DNA of 64,000 bases, from NCBI RefSeq assembly GCF_009914755.1, contig NC_060932.1. One strand, 5' to 3'. The translations under genes were made by a program, and so were the position numbers. The first letter of the stretch is position 1. Each line of letters starts with the position of its first letter. The stretch comes from the human T2T-CHM13v2.0 reference genome, Homo sapiens. This document shows positions 34,757 through 57,357 of the stretch, one piece after another. The notes beneath the pieces are model-generated. The model searched no databases. It was given only the letters and a program-made list of their open reading frames with translations, and was not told where the DNA came from.

Positions 34757-35615
34757 GTGGACGTCACAGCAGAGGAGCTGAATGTGCAGAAGGCATGGTG
34801 GCTTCTGTTCGTCAAGTCACCTCCCCCTCTGAATGGTTCTGCTGAATTCCTGTTTCTCTTGCCCTGCAGCTATTGTTCTTCTACCACTTCACCTTTCCTT
34901 CATTTTCCAAAGCACCATTAACATTAGACAACTGCAAGTTTTAACCTTTGCTGAAAGTCGGGAGTAATGGAGAGGGGCACTGCTTGGAAAACAACTTCAA
35001 GCTGGACATCAGGTCTTGCCATCCTCCAAGTCCTTCAGCCAACTCTCCAGCACAGGAAATTTACATTACTGTCTTTCCTTTTAGGCCCTGGCCTGCTGCT
35101 GTGCTCCTAGGGCCAACTTTCCTCTCTACCCTCATTCCTCTGTATCATCTTCTTGGAGTCCCCAGGGTTCCTGTACCTTTCTCCTTCACCAGCAGTGACT
35201 CAAAAACTCTCTATACAGAAGGAGGAGCTCAGTGAGAACAGCCTGATTGGAAACTGGGGCTAGAGGTCTTATCTCAAAGTCTGCTTTGCTTTGAAGCACA
35301 CTGTTTTTACTTAGATTGTATGCTACTTGGATTGGGTAGGGGTACCCATGGAGGCTACAGGAAAGAGCTTAAGCCACTTCCATTGATACAACCACCCCTT
35401 ATTTTAGCATTGCAACTCCACCATCTCTCTACTTTACCTACAGAACAATTTCCTTATCTGCCAGAACCTCCTCTTTCCAGAATATGCCTTGGAGAGATCA
35501 CCTTCTATAATCAAAAGACCCCTCTAGGTATTTTTCAAGCAAAAGAGCAGACTTGTTTCTTCCACCTTCCAGAATGTGAAAGCAACTTCAGACATTTCTT
35601 TTTAGAATAGCAATT

Positions 35616-39441
<3,826 letters not shown>

Positions 39442-40025
39442 AATGAAATGAAAATTATTAGTATTCAAAGAGGGTTGGGTCTTCACTCTGTTTTTAGGAT
39501 GTTGTCAAGTTTTACGATGGGAAAGAAGTCCCGAAATCATAGAATTTAGGCAACCTTAGCAATCATAGCTTACCTCGCTCATTTGTGATTCAGAAAATTG
39601 GAGCCCAAAGCAGTTTTGTGGTAGGTCCAAGGTCACTGGCAAGCCCCTCAGTGGAGAGCTAGCGCTAAAGTCTCCTCAGGACAGCCATAGCCAGGCTGAG
39701 AATAGTTTAATGGAGAAATGATCTAATTTAGGTGGTTCACCTGGCTTGTCAAGTACGACGAATGTGGCACAGAATTCTTAGAAACAGGACTTAAAAGTTT
39801 AAAGCATATACAAATGACATGCTTAGGCATGCAAAAATATGTGCATACATATTGATTGTACTGGTGAAACCTATCTGCCAATAGAGAAATTTATGTCATG
39901 CTGTCAAAAAATAGCGCTTCCTTTAGTGCAGTTCACACTACAATTCAAACTGTTCCAGAAAAATGTGAGTAAAATCTCATGCAAGTAAAAAATGTTGAGT
40001 CCTGGAGTCCCATCCAGACTTCAGT

Positions 40026-40237
<212 letters not shown>

Positions 40238-41348
40238 TGAATAATTGCCTATAGGCAAGGACACTTGGTGATGTATAACCCTTAGGGCACTGCTCTCTGT
40301 CCCTAAAGCACACTTAAGTATTTTTTTCTGATTATAAAAAGAGTATATATTCATTTCATTGTAGAAATTTTGAAAACCACGGAAAACCAAAGAAAACAAA
40401 AACTACCTGTAATTCCATCATTAGAGGTAACCACAGATTACATTTGGTTTTAGCATATTTCCCTAAGACATTTTCTTTGCATTATAAATAACATATAACA
40501 TATTTATACTTTTTTCCATAAGGGGGTTACCATGTATACTATACACATTGTTTTGTAGCCTGCTCTTTAAGCACCACAGCATAAGTATATCTCCCTGTAA
40601 TTAAATATTCTTCACAAATGGTTTTTAAAGATACTATTATTTAAAAAATGGTTCCTTCCTAAAGAAGTACACACTAGGGCTAAGTTCATTTACTGAGCCC
40701 TTGAACTACTCGTAATGACCTTTGAGAGATCACTCAAGGTCAAGGCCAAGCCCTCTTTAACATGGCTTCATGACCTACTTCCCGGGCTTCTTTACTCCTC
40801 ATTGCTCCATCCATGCTCAAACCCTAAGTGCCACAGATACCAGAATGAATTCCTGTAATAAAGCAGTTGGTCATTCAGCCAGTCCGTGTGTCTGTCTGCC
40901 CTCCTTCCTTCCCTCTCTCCTTGAGGTCTGAAAACCTACCCTGGTCTCTCTCTGGAAAGCTCTCTCTTATTGCAACTGCCTTACTCCTTACTCATCTTTT
41001 GGCTGTTAGCCTGGACTTCCCTCCTCGGGAAGCCTTCCCGGATCCCTCATGACCAGGTCAGGTGTCCCTTTTCTAGGTCCCCACAGCCTCCTCACTTCCC
41101 TATTCATAGCAGACAAGAAAACTTGTTAGGACAGGGACCATAACTGCCTAGTGTGTTCACAAAGTTGTATCCCCAGAACTGACAACAATATGTATCATAT
41201 ATTATATATTTATTTATTAGCTTATTGTTTATGTTATCTATTTCCCTATGAGAATAAAAGCACCATGAGTAGGGGTCTTGTCTGTCTTATTAGCTACTGA
41301 ATCTAGCCCCAGTACCTAGAGTTCTGTTAACACCTCAAAGTATACTAT

Positions 41349-41720
41349 TAGTATTAGTCTGTTCTCACACTGCTATAAATAAATACCTGAGACTGGGTAA
41401 TTTATAAAGAAAAGAGGTTTAATTGGCTCATGGTTCTGCAGGCTGTACAGAAAGCAGGGAGGCTTCAGGAAACTTACAATCACAGTGGAAGGGAAAGAGG
41501 AAGCAGGTGGCCAGAGTAGGAGCAGGAGGGAAGAAGAAAGGTGCTACACTCTTTTAAAAACAACCAGATCTCATGAGAACTCACTCACTGTCACGAGCAC
41601 AGCACCAAGAGGATGGTGCTAAATGATTCATGAGAAATCACCCCCATGATCCAATCACCTCCCACCAGGCCTCACTTCCCACACTGGGGATTACAGTTCT
41701 ACATAAGATTTGGGTAGTGA
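41349..41720. mobile_element. MST (MaLR) LTR
   Basis: gtattagtctgttctcacactgctataaa...ccaatcacctcccaccaggcc...aaaccatatca. Confidence 0.9.
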
Positions 41721-42536
41721 CACAGATTGAAACCATATCACCATTCCATATTTTTTTCTGTTTGTGGCTGTACATATATATGTGTGTATGTATTGTTTTT
41801 TACAGAAATGAGATAACTTTGCATACATTTTTTGTAACCTGCTTTTTTCACTCATCTATATATTGTAAATATAATTTCATGTTAGTAAAATCTTCTATAA
41901 GCATTTTTTTCTATCCATCTTCCATTGTTGGACCTTTAAATTATTTTCTGTCATAAACTTTAAAATAAATCCTAACCATCAGTACAGCCTATGAGCAGAA
42001 GGGAGCCTTTCTATTTGATTTATACACACATGGGGATTACAAGGTGACACAAGAGAGCTTTCCTTGCCCCCAGTCTTCTTGGTGTTCTGGAACCTGCCCC
42101 TTCAGATGGGGTCTGGGAGTAGGTTTGACCTGGCCTCCTTTCTTCCTTTTCTACCTTCTAGCTTTTTACTGCTTAGCTTGCAAGATGCTCAGTTTCCTCT
42201 GGTTTGTCCTGAAATGGAGCTGGGGAAGGGATAAAGAAAAGTGGCCTTTACCTCCCTCCCGCCAATGGTTCAGCCTCAGAGAGGAGTGATTACATGTTTC
42301 TTCTCTATTGTGTGTCCAGCCACACAATTTTTACAGAGCAGTAGGCTCAAATATCTGTCCTTGCTTGTTTGGGAAATGGTACTTCATTCAGTTTGCAAGC
42401 ATTCAAAGAGCTTTTCTTTTCTAATTAAAATGCTGCGAACCACCATTTAGCTAAAGCTTTGCATCTATTTTCAATGATGGTTTTAGGAGAACATTCTAAA
42501 AGAGTAAGTTCTGGCTTAAAGGTTATATGCATTTTT

Positions 42537-43968
<1,432 letters not shown>

Positions 43969-43978
43969 GGTTATATAC

Positions 43979-44226
43979 TTTTTTCTTTTTTTTTTTGAGA
44001 CGGACTTTCACTCTGTTACCCAGGCTGGAGTGCAATGGCACGATCTTGATTCACTACAACCTCCGTCTCCTGGGTTCAAGCGATTTCTGGCTAATTTTTG
44101 TATTTTTAGTAGAGACAGGGTTTCACCATATTGGCCAGGCTTGTCTCAGACTCCTGACCTCAAGTGATCTGCCCACCTCAGCCTCCCAAAGTGCTGGAAT
44201 TATAGGCATGACCCACCGCACCCAGC
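43979..44226 (-). mobile_element. AluS with internal deletion
   Basis: Jumps from caagcgatt to ctggctaatt. Confidence 0.9.
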
Positions 44227-44687
44227 TGTTATATGCATTTTTAAGTCTGGTGCATACATACTGTCAAATTGTCTTCCATGAAAATTGCACCAAGTTACAT
44301 TCCCACCAGTGGTGTACAATAATGCCTCCCAACACCAGGGATAATCATATTTTTGGTAGGCAATTTGTGGTATCTCTTTTCATTAATGTGCATTTCCCTA
44401 ACCCATATGTTTTTAGGTAATAGATTAAAAAGTGGTATCTTGTTGTTGCATGAATTTGCATTTTTCTAAAGCTTATTTCTTTTAAAAACTAATAATTTCA
44501 AAGTACATTTTTCTTTTTAGTAAACCAATAGAATTTTAAAATTTCCTCTATTAATTCTAAGATCACCTGAGACAAGAAGACAGCAGAGTTTTTAGTCACA
44601 TCTCACAACCACACACTACAGGCGGTGGAGTTGAAAAGAAAGTGCTCATCTAAGCAACCTTACTGTTTTACAGATTTAAAAAGATAA

Positions 44688-45378
<691 letters not shown>

Positions 45379-45638
45379 TTAATCAAACACAAAATGAGGT
45401 TATTTTGTAGCTGCAAAAATTTCTGTATATTTCAATTTAAACAATATTATGTAGCATGTACTGTACTTGGAAAAAGTTACTCAACAAGGTGCAGCAAGAA
45501 AACACAAAGATAAAACTCCTTTCAAGGACTCTATGTACAGAAGTAAGAGATTAATATCAACAAAGTGCTTGATGAAAAGCAAAGGGTTAACAAAGAAAAT
45601 GTATAGAATGAAACTAAATTAATGAGGACAATTGATGA

Positions 45639-46016
<378 letters not shown>

Positions 46017-46889
46017 TAGGGGTGTTTTTTTTATATTATTCTGGTGGGGAAAAAAACTTCACATATGACCACAGTTGTATGTACCTCCCATTAATCTGAA
46101 TGTGGTTGTACAACAGCAGTTTCAGAAGATTGTGCTATCAGATGCCTCTATGTGGAGAAAGAATAGTCTATTCAATCAACAAGCACTCACTTATTCTAAA
46201 CCTGATGCTATGAAGGATCTACTAAGATCAAAGACAAGGTCTTTCTGTCCTGGAAGGGTTTAGCCTAATGGACGAGAAAGACAAAGAAATAACACGAAAC
46301 AGTGTGATAAGAGCTATTATCGTCCCATCTGAACCATTGTTGATTGGTCTCTGGGAGTTGTCAGCTCCAGGAAAGCTAGAAACAGGACAGACTGAGGTCA
46401 GATGCCAGAGACAGTAGGACCAAGATGCCAAAGCCTTGCCCAGAAGCACAGCACTGGTGTGGAGCTGAGGTCAGATAGCTGCCACGACGCTGGGGCCAGG
46501 CAGCTGGCTGGAAAGTGGAGCCAGGGCAAGCCTAGGGGACACATCTGAAGTCAGAAATGGCAGGGAATGGGGGAGAGGCAGAGCAAGGAAATGGGAAGCC
46601 TTAAAGCAGGAGGCCAGCGAGAGTTTGTGGGAAGAACATTCTGTTGTGTGGGGGACTTTCTCAAGGCCCTATTGACCAACCCCAGGAAACAATCCACTGC
46701 TGACTTAAAGGCTATACTCACCAACCAAGTATCTAACTGTAGGGGTGGTATAAAGTGGTCGGGGAGTCATCAACCTGAATTTTTGAGGCTTCAAAGAAGA
46801 AGTAGCAGAGAATATGGTCTGGTCTGTTTGAAGGGTGGAAGACAGAAAGGAAATGGTGCAGGATGAGGCTGGTAAATCGGTACCAACAA

Positions 46890-47930
46890 CCAACATTCAT
46901 TGAGCACTTTCTCCGGGACAGGCCAAGTGTGAAGGGCTTCACACTCACGACCTTATTTAAGCCCCACAACAACCTTGTAGGATAAACTCTATTATTAGCT
47001 GCACTTCACAGATTAAGAAACTAAGAAACTTTGCAGATTAGAGAGTTTACATAATTTCTCTAAGGTTTCACACTATAATGTGAGTTCTAACTCCACAGCT
47101 CTATTATTAACTACTAAATATGCTCTGTGGGGCATGACTATAAAGAGGCTTTCTCAGACTACAAGTTCTGCACTTTCTCTTTTAGGCATGGTGATGCCTG
47201 TTTGGAGGTATAGCTTAATGTCATCAGAGTAAACTTTAGAGTCTTTGGATCTGAGTTCAAATCACAGTCCTATGACTTGGTGAGACTCCTTGTTCAATTT
47301 TCTTAGGCATCATTTTCCTGTTCTGAATTAAGAATAATAACAATGTCTTTTGAAATGTTGTGAGACTTAAATACGACAATGTACATGAAAGCATCGGTTG
47401 ACTACAAAGCTAAACGTAAATGTTAACTGTTATGCGTTCTACTGTATTTTATATAAACCCTCAAGGCAGCCACGAAGCAGAGTGATATGAGAGCCATCTG
47501 GAGACTATTTTAATGATCCAGATGAAGGATGATGACAAGGGCCTACGCCAAGGCAGTGACAGTGAGGGCGGAGAGAAAGGACACATTTAAAGGATATTTA
47601 GGACGCTTTACAAAACAGAACCTAATGACAGATTGGATATAGAGAGAGAGAGGAAAGGGGGTCAGAATGATTCAGAGTTTTATGTTGAGTAATCGGGTGA
47701 ATGGTGATGTCATTAATTAAGGAAGAAGAGTAGGTAGGATAATACGTTCTATTTCAGGAATATTGTGACGAGGTGTCTATGAGACATCCAGTAAGCGGAG
47801 ATGTGAAATGTGAGTGGGACTATGAGGGGGGTGCTCAGAAAAGAAATGTGCCATAGATTCAGATTTGGACATCACTGGGCATTTGTGAGACTAAACCTCT
47901 GACAGTGGATGTGATGTCCAGGTAAGACAT
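46890..47930. mobile_element. Cluster of MIR and L2 fragments
   Basis: MIR cores (cacttcacagattaagaaactaag; ggatctgagttcaaatc) and antisense L2 (ggagactattttaatgatccagatgaag). Confidence 0.65.
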
Positions 47931-48829
47931 GAAGCAATGGTTTGTAGCTCTTTAAAGCCAAGGAACCTTTCCACTCACACACAAAATAAATGCTTATGCT
48001 AAAACCCAGTTTGCAAAACAGCTCAAAATGAAGCTTTTCTGGTTAAATCCAGAGTGAATTGCCTGGAGCCCACTTCTTGAGACAGCCTCTGAACAGGTTT
48101 AACTGAGCCCAGTTTGAGAACCACCTACATGAAGAACAGAAGAGGGTGAGTTAACCACTAAATGGAGTCTGAAAGAAAGCAGCTCATGCAAAATCAGACT
48201 GGAATTTTAGTTTTAGATTGTTTGTGAAGAGCTTTTTTGAAACTTTAATGATTTTGGAAACTTCACCCAGTTATTCGCGGTACTAACACTCATCCTGGCC
48301 TGCTCTTACGGATGTCTGACCCTGTATTTCAATGTCTATATGTGCCCACCAGAAGCTGCAGAGCCATTCAAATAAAGACAGTTGGCTGAGTTTCCAAGTC
48401 TCTCCTTCAAAGTTCATGCACATTAGTTTTCCTTCTTATCAGCAGAGGCTTGTCTTGTACACATCTGCTGGGTCATTCATGCTGAGATCACCACGTTTGT
48501 CCCAATTACCATGATTCTTATGTGATCTCTAAACTAGATAAATGCTCATCCACTCAAGCAGTTGTTTAATAAAAGTTATCTCAAATATTTAACTTGTAAA
48601 CTTTTTAAGAAGTCGAATTGGTGAAACCTTTTCTCCGAATTAAATCAATTGAGTCTGCTTATTATTTCAACACCGTTGAGGGTTTAATCCTAAATCCACT
48701 AAGGTATTAAATCAGAAACACCTAATCATATGATAAGGAAAGATAATAGGAGCAAGAAAAAAGAGCAGAGGGAGGCCAAAAGAAAGAAGCAAGGACATCG
48801 GGTGATCATATTAAGAGCTAGTTTAAAAA

Positions 48830-49200
48830 CAAAAACAATAGCACTCTAACATATCAGTGATCTAACACAATAAAAATTTATCTCTCACTCAAAGTTCAAC
48901 GTTGTGGATATTTATGATTGGCATGTGATGGTTCATTTTGTGACTTGGGTACCCTTTTAGAGCCTCTACTTCTTTGCCTGGATCCTTTGCCACTCAGCGA
49001 GTAGATTGTGGACGAGAAGACTGGCAAGGGAGAGGTTTCTATGGGCCAGGCTGAAGGTGGGCGCATCACTTCTGTGTAAGTTCCCTCGGCCAGAATGAGC
49101 CACAGAGCCATGCTTATCTGCAAGGGGAGTTGAGAAGTATCTAGCTGTGTCCCCAGAGCTAAATGGAAGTGGAGAAAGTGAGCAGCAGCTAGTCTTTGGT
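48830..49200. mobile_element. MLT1-type LTR
   Basis: gggccaggctgaaggtgggcgcatcacttctg...ggccagaatgagccacagagcc...tgcaaggg. Confidence 0.65.
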
Positions 49201-51036
49201 ACAGATGAAACAAAAAGTGCCCGTGCACAGGTTTTGTAAAAATTAGGAAAAATGAATCCCTGGTACATAAAAATTTTCAGCCTGGGATTCTTCTTATATG
49301 GAAACCTTAGTCCCAAGGTCTGAGAGAGGTGCATATTGAATACTCCCAACCCTGTCACAAATATCAGTTAATTCCTAGATAGGAGGGAATTACTATGTTT
49401 TTCAGATGTACCAAAGAAAATGTTCATCAATTTTATAGATAAAATCCAATTCTTAAAACATTAAGAAAATATTTTATTTCAAATAATGAAATAAAATATA
49501 TTTGTATTTGATGCAGCTGAGCATTATTATATAAACTTTTCCTTTACAAACTTATAAAAACTTGTTCACATTCTTACCCCAAAAAAAGTTTTCAAAAAGC
49601 TAAACACTTACCCACTGAGTCATAGAATAATTGGAATTCTGACAGGAAGATAACTGTAAAGCAGTTCTTTAAAGAGGAGTAGCACTCTGCTTTATTTAAA
49701 CCGCACAAAGTAGGTAGGCGTTTTGTGGGTCGTGGATTTTCTAATTCAAGGTGTTATGCAATATGCAGCTGGGCTTTGAATGGCTTCCTCCTTTGTTCTT
49801 CTTGCACGCACATGCCATTTGGTGACATCCTGAGGTCTGGGAGGCTATTGGATTAGACTTTCTGAAAAGGAAAGGTTATTCTACACCATGTATAAGAAAA
49901 AGCTTTGATGATTCACAAAATTAAAGCTTTTTACTTCCCAGCAGGGGAGATTTCCCAGCCAATATGTTGAAAGGAAAGTGGCTGTATTAAAACTTGCTCC
50001 CTGATAGAAACAGAGATCCCAGCTGGCTTTCGCAGGAGGGACAGAGCATTATGATGATGTTGATTAGACAACTTTTAAACAGCACCAGTAGACAAAGACA
50101 TTTTCAGCCTCCAAAAAAGAAATGGAATGAGTGCCAAGTCTGCATTTTGTGGAGAGTATAAGGCTTGTTCCAGCAAATGTTTTCTCATTATAGAGTAATG
50201 CTTGAGGAAGCACACATCAGTTTCGTGCCTCTTCATGATTTGTCTTCCATCTCTTTCTTGTCACCTTTTTAATTGCACTCAGTGTTTTTGCTTCTTCTGC
50301 TTGAAGAGAGCACTGAAACAATGTGTATTGGTTTGTAATCAGCATCAGACTTGACTACTTAGTAATTTGTAAAGAGCTTTAAACTCAGTAAAAGAAGGTC
50401 TTGGTAGATGTTTCCTTTTGGGGGCATATCAAAAGAAAGTTGTCTTTTTCTTTTCTTCCCCATTTTATACAGATTTTTTAATGCCAGAATTCTATCCTTA
50501 ATGTATTTTGATCTATAATCATTCTGATTAGACAGCCATTGCAAAAATATCCATAAAACAAGCAGTTCTCCAATTGTGCCTGCAGCATGGTATTTTATGG
50601 AGTATGTTAAGTAGAACACCATGGTTCCCGAGGTAATTATAGGTGCTATGTGAATGCAGAATGTATTCATTAATAACAGAATTAATTATTCCAGAATTTA
50701 TTATATGACTCACATATAACAGAAAAGTCACCCTGTTTCAATTCTCTTTGAATCCTTTTGTCAAGGAGAAAGTTTCAACTTAATGACATTTTTCCAAGCT
50801 CTTTTTAATGAGACAAGTTTCAGGCTGAGCATCATCAGCAGACAATTTTATCTACCTCGAACTTAATTACATTTTATTCTCCTTACTTTTATTTTTATTT
50901 TTCATCTATGTATAGCAGGTGAAACAGATTGCCCAGTTATCAAATGATACACAGTTTTCTTATAAAATAGTTATAATGCTTAAAAGGGAGTCACTTTAAA
51001 GGAAAATATCAAATGGTAAGAGTAAGTGATTTATAG

Positions 51037-51454
<418 letters not shown>

Positions 51455-52532
51455 ATATGTTTTATTTCTTCATGATTCAGTCTTGGTAGGTTATATGTGT
51501 TGAGGAATTTATCCATTTCTTCTAGCTTATCCAATTGTTGTCATATAATTTGTTCAGAGTAATCTCTTATGATCCTCGGTATTTCTATGGTATCAGTTGT
51601 AATATCCCCTCTTTCATTTATTTAGAGAAAGTCTTCTTTAAAGAGAGAGTCTTTCTCTTTTTTTCTTAGTCTAGTTAAAGGTTTGTCAATTTTGTTAATC
51701 TCTTCAAAAAGCAAACTCAATTTCATATAAAGAAGAACATTTGAAGAACTAATACTTAATGTTTCTCAAACTCTTTCAAAAAAATTGAAGAAGAGGGAAT
51801 ACTTCAAACTCATTTTGCAAGGCCAGCATTACCCTGATACCAAAGCCAGACAAGGACACTATCAGGAAAGAAAATTATAGGCCAATGTTCCTGATAAACA
51901 TAGATGCAAAAATCCTCAACAAAATACTAGCAAACCGAGCTCAACAGTACATCGTAAGAATCATTCACTATAATCAAATGGGATTTATCCCAGGGATGCA
52001 GGAATGGTTCAACATACACAAATCAGCAAATGTGATACGTCATATTTAAAGAATTAAGGACAAAAATCATATGATTATCACAATAGATGAAGAAAAAACA
52101 TTGGACAAAATTCAACATTCTTTCATAATATAAACTCTCAACAAATTAGATATAGAAAGAATGTACCCCGATACAATAAAGGCCATATGTGACAAACTCA
52201 CAGCTAACATCACACTCAGTGGAGGAACAAGAAAAGGATACTCGATTTCTCACCATTTCTGTCCAACATAGTACTGGAAGTCCTAGCCAGAACAGTTAGG
52301 TGAGAGAAAAAATAAAAGGCATCCAAATTAGAACAGAAGAACTTAAGTTGTCTCTGCAGACAACATGATCTTATATATAGAAAACCCTAAGTCCTTCACC
52401 AGAAAAATGTTAGAATTAATAAACAAATTCAGTAAAATTACAGGATAGAAATTCAAAATACAAAAATCAGTAGAGTTTCTATGTAGTACAGTGCAGTATC
52501 TGAAAAAGAAATTTTTAAAAATCCTATTTACA

Positions 52533-54072
<1,540 letters not shown>

Positions 54073-54442
54073 AAAATCCTATTTACAATAGCTACCAAAA
54101 AATTTAAACAGGAATAAATTTAACCAAGGGGGCAAAAGACTTATACACTGAAAATTATAAAACATTGATGAAAGAAATCGAGGAAGACACAAATAAATGG
54201 AAAGATATCCCAAGTTTATGGAAAGGAAGAATTAATATTTTTAAAATGTCTATACTGTCCAAAGTGATCTACAGATTCAATGCAATTTCTATCAAAATAC
54301 CAATGACATTTGTTCACAAAAAATAGAAAAAAAATCCTAGAATTTATATAAAGCCACAAAAGACCCCAAATAGCCAAAGCAATCTTGAGCAAAAAGAACA
54401 AAGATAGAGGAATCATACTATCTGACTTTAAAATACACCACA

Positions 54443-54514
54443 GGCTGCTATTCTGGGCATGCTGCCTATGGGGTAGTCCTGCTTCACAAGGAGCAGTAAA
54501 ATATATTTTAAAAT
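54443..54514 (+). mobile_element. 55-nt retroposed two-hairpin RNA fragment (MER41-LTR-like) with A-rich tail
   Basis: Interrupts colinear L1 ORF2; TSD aaaatacaccaca/aaaatacagtaca at a TT/AAAA site. Confidence 0.75.
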
Positions 54515-54725
54515 AAAATACAGTACAAAGCTATAGTAATCAATGCAGCATGGTACTGGCACAAAAATAGACACAGAGTCCAATGAAACAGAACAGACAG
54601 TCCAGAAATATTAATAAATCCACGTGTTTATAGTCAATCGATCTTCCACAAAGGTGCCAAGAACACACAATGGGGAATGGAAAATCTCTTCAATAAATTG
54701 TGTTGGGACAATTTATTGTGTGTGA

Positions 54726-54948
54726 GAACAACCTGGCCAACATAGTGAAACCCCGTCTCTACTAAAAATACAAAAATTAGCCAGATGTGGTGGTGCATGC
54801 CTGTAATCCCAGCTACTCAGGAGGCTGAGGCAGGAGAATCACTTGAACCCAGGAGGCAGAGGTTGCCGTGAGCCAAGATCATGCCACTACACTCCAGCCT
54901 GGGCAACAGAGCGAGCCTCTGTCTCAAAACAAACAAACAAACAAAAAC
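54726..54948 (+). mobile_element. 5'-truncated AluS within L1
   Basis: Sense Alu with (CAAA)n tail. Confidence 0.9.
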
Positions 54949-54965
54949 CAAAATATAAGGAATGC

Positions 54966-55374
54966 TGTCTTAATCTCTCTGTGTTGCTATAAAGGAATAC
55001 CTGAGGCTGGATAATTTACAAAGGAAAGAGGTTTATTTGGCTCATGGTTCTGCAGGCTGTACCAGAAGCATGGCATTGGCATCTGCATCTGAGGGCTCAG
55101 GAAGCTTACAATCATGGCAGAGGGGAAGGCGAGCCTGTGTGTGCAGAGATCACATAGTGAGAGAGAGAGAAAACAAGAGAGAGGGAGGAGGAGGTGCCAG
55201 GCTGTTTTCAACAACCAGTTCTCTTGGGAACTAAGAGTGAGAACTCAGTCACTTGAGAATGGCATCCAGCCATTCATGAGAGACCCCTCATGACCCAAAC
55301 ACCTCCCACCAGGCCCCACCTCCAACAATGGAGATCAAATTTCAACATATGACTTGGCAGAGCCAAACTATAGG
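54966..55374. mobile_element. MST (MaLR) LTR within L1
   Basis: gttgctataaaggaatacctgaggctgg...catgacccaaacacctcccaccaggcccc. Confidence 0.9.
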
Positions 55375-55883
55375 AAACTCAAACAACTCAACAGGAAAAA
55401 ACAAATAACCTGATTTTTTAAATGGGAAAAAGGATCTGAATAGACATTTCTCAAAAGAAGACATACAATGAATGGCCAATAGGTTTATGAAAAAATGCTC
55501 AAAATTACTAGTCATCAAAGAAATGCTAATTAAAACCACAAAGAGATATCACCTCACACCTGTTAGAATGACTCTTATCAAAAAGACAAATGATAACAAC
55601 TATTGGAGAGTGGAGAAAAGGGAACCTTTGCACACTGTTGGTGGGAATGTGACTTTGTATAGCTATTACGGGAAGCAGTATGGAGGTCCTTCAAATAACT
55701 AAAAATAGAACTATCATAGGATCCAGCAATCCCACTACTGGGTGTATATACAAAGGAAATGAAATCAGTATATTGAAGAGATATCTGAACTCCCATGTTC
55801 ATTGCAGCATTAATCACAATATCCAAGATGTGGAATCAACCTAAGTGTCCATGAATAAATGAATGGATAAAGAAAATGTGGTA

Positions 55884-56212
55884 CAGTCATCCCCTAGTAT
55901 CCATAGGACCTTCCTCAGATACTAAAATCCGTAGATGCTCAAGTCCCTTACATAAAATGGTGTGGTATTTGCATATAACCTATACACATCCTCCTGCACA
56001 CTTTACATCATCTCTAGATTACTTAGAACTCCTAATACAAGTAAATGTTCTGTAAGTGGTTATTATATTGTCTTATTTAGGAAACAATGACTAAAAGTCT
56101 GTACGTGTTCTATACAGATGCAACTATTCATTTTTGAATATGAATTGAATATTTCAATTCATAGTTGGTTGAATCCACAGATGCAGAACTCACAGATATG
56201 AAGGGTCGACTG
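55884..56212. mobile_element. MER2 (TcMar-Tigger MITE) within L1
   Basis: cagtc...gactg termini; gatgctcaagtcccttacataaaatggtgtggtatttgcatataaccta. Confidence 0.85.
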
Positions 56213-56596
56213 CATATATACATAATGGAATAATATCCAGCCTGAAAAAAGAAGGAAATTATGTCAACAAGATGGATGGAATTGGGGAATATTGTGTTAA
56301 GTGAAATAAACTAGGCACAGAAAAACAAATACCACATAATCTCACTTATATGTGGAACCTAAAAATGTTGAGCTCATAAAAGCAGGAAAAAAATGGTGGG
56401 TCCTAGGGGTTGAGAGCGGGGCTGAGATATTGGTCGAACAGTACGAAATTTCAGTTAGATAGGAGGAATAAATTCAAAAGATCTACTGTACAACATGGTC
56501 ATTATAGGTAAGAAGAGTGCATTCTTGAAAATTGCTAAGAGAGTAGATTTTAAGTGTTCTCACCACAAAAAAGTACGTGAAGTAATGCATATGTTA

Positions 56597-57357
<761 letters not shown>

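Noticed and set aside
34757-34820. CRE-like GACGTCA and CGTCA motifs next to a GT-rich tract
   Set aside because: Short motifs expected by chance; no further evidence of a regulatory element.
49806-49826. Minus-strand CTCF-like motif (GTCACCAAATGGCAT)
   Set aside because: Mismatch at the near-invariant G of the core.
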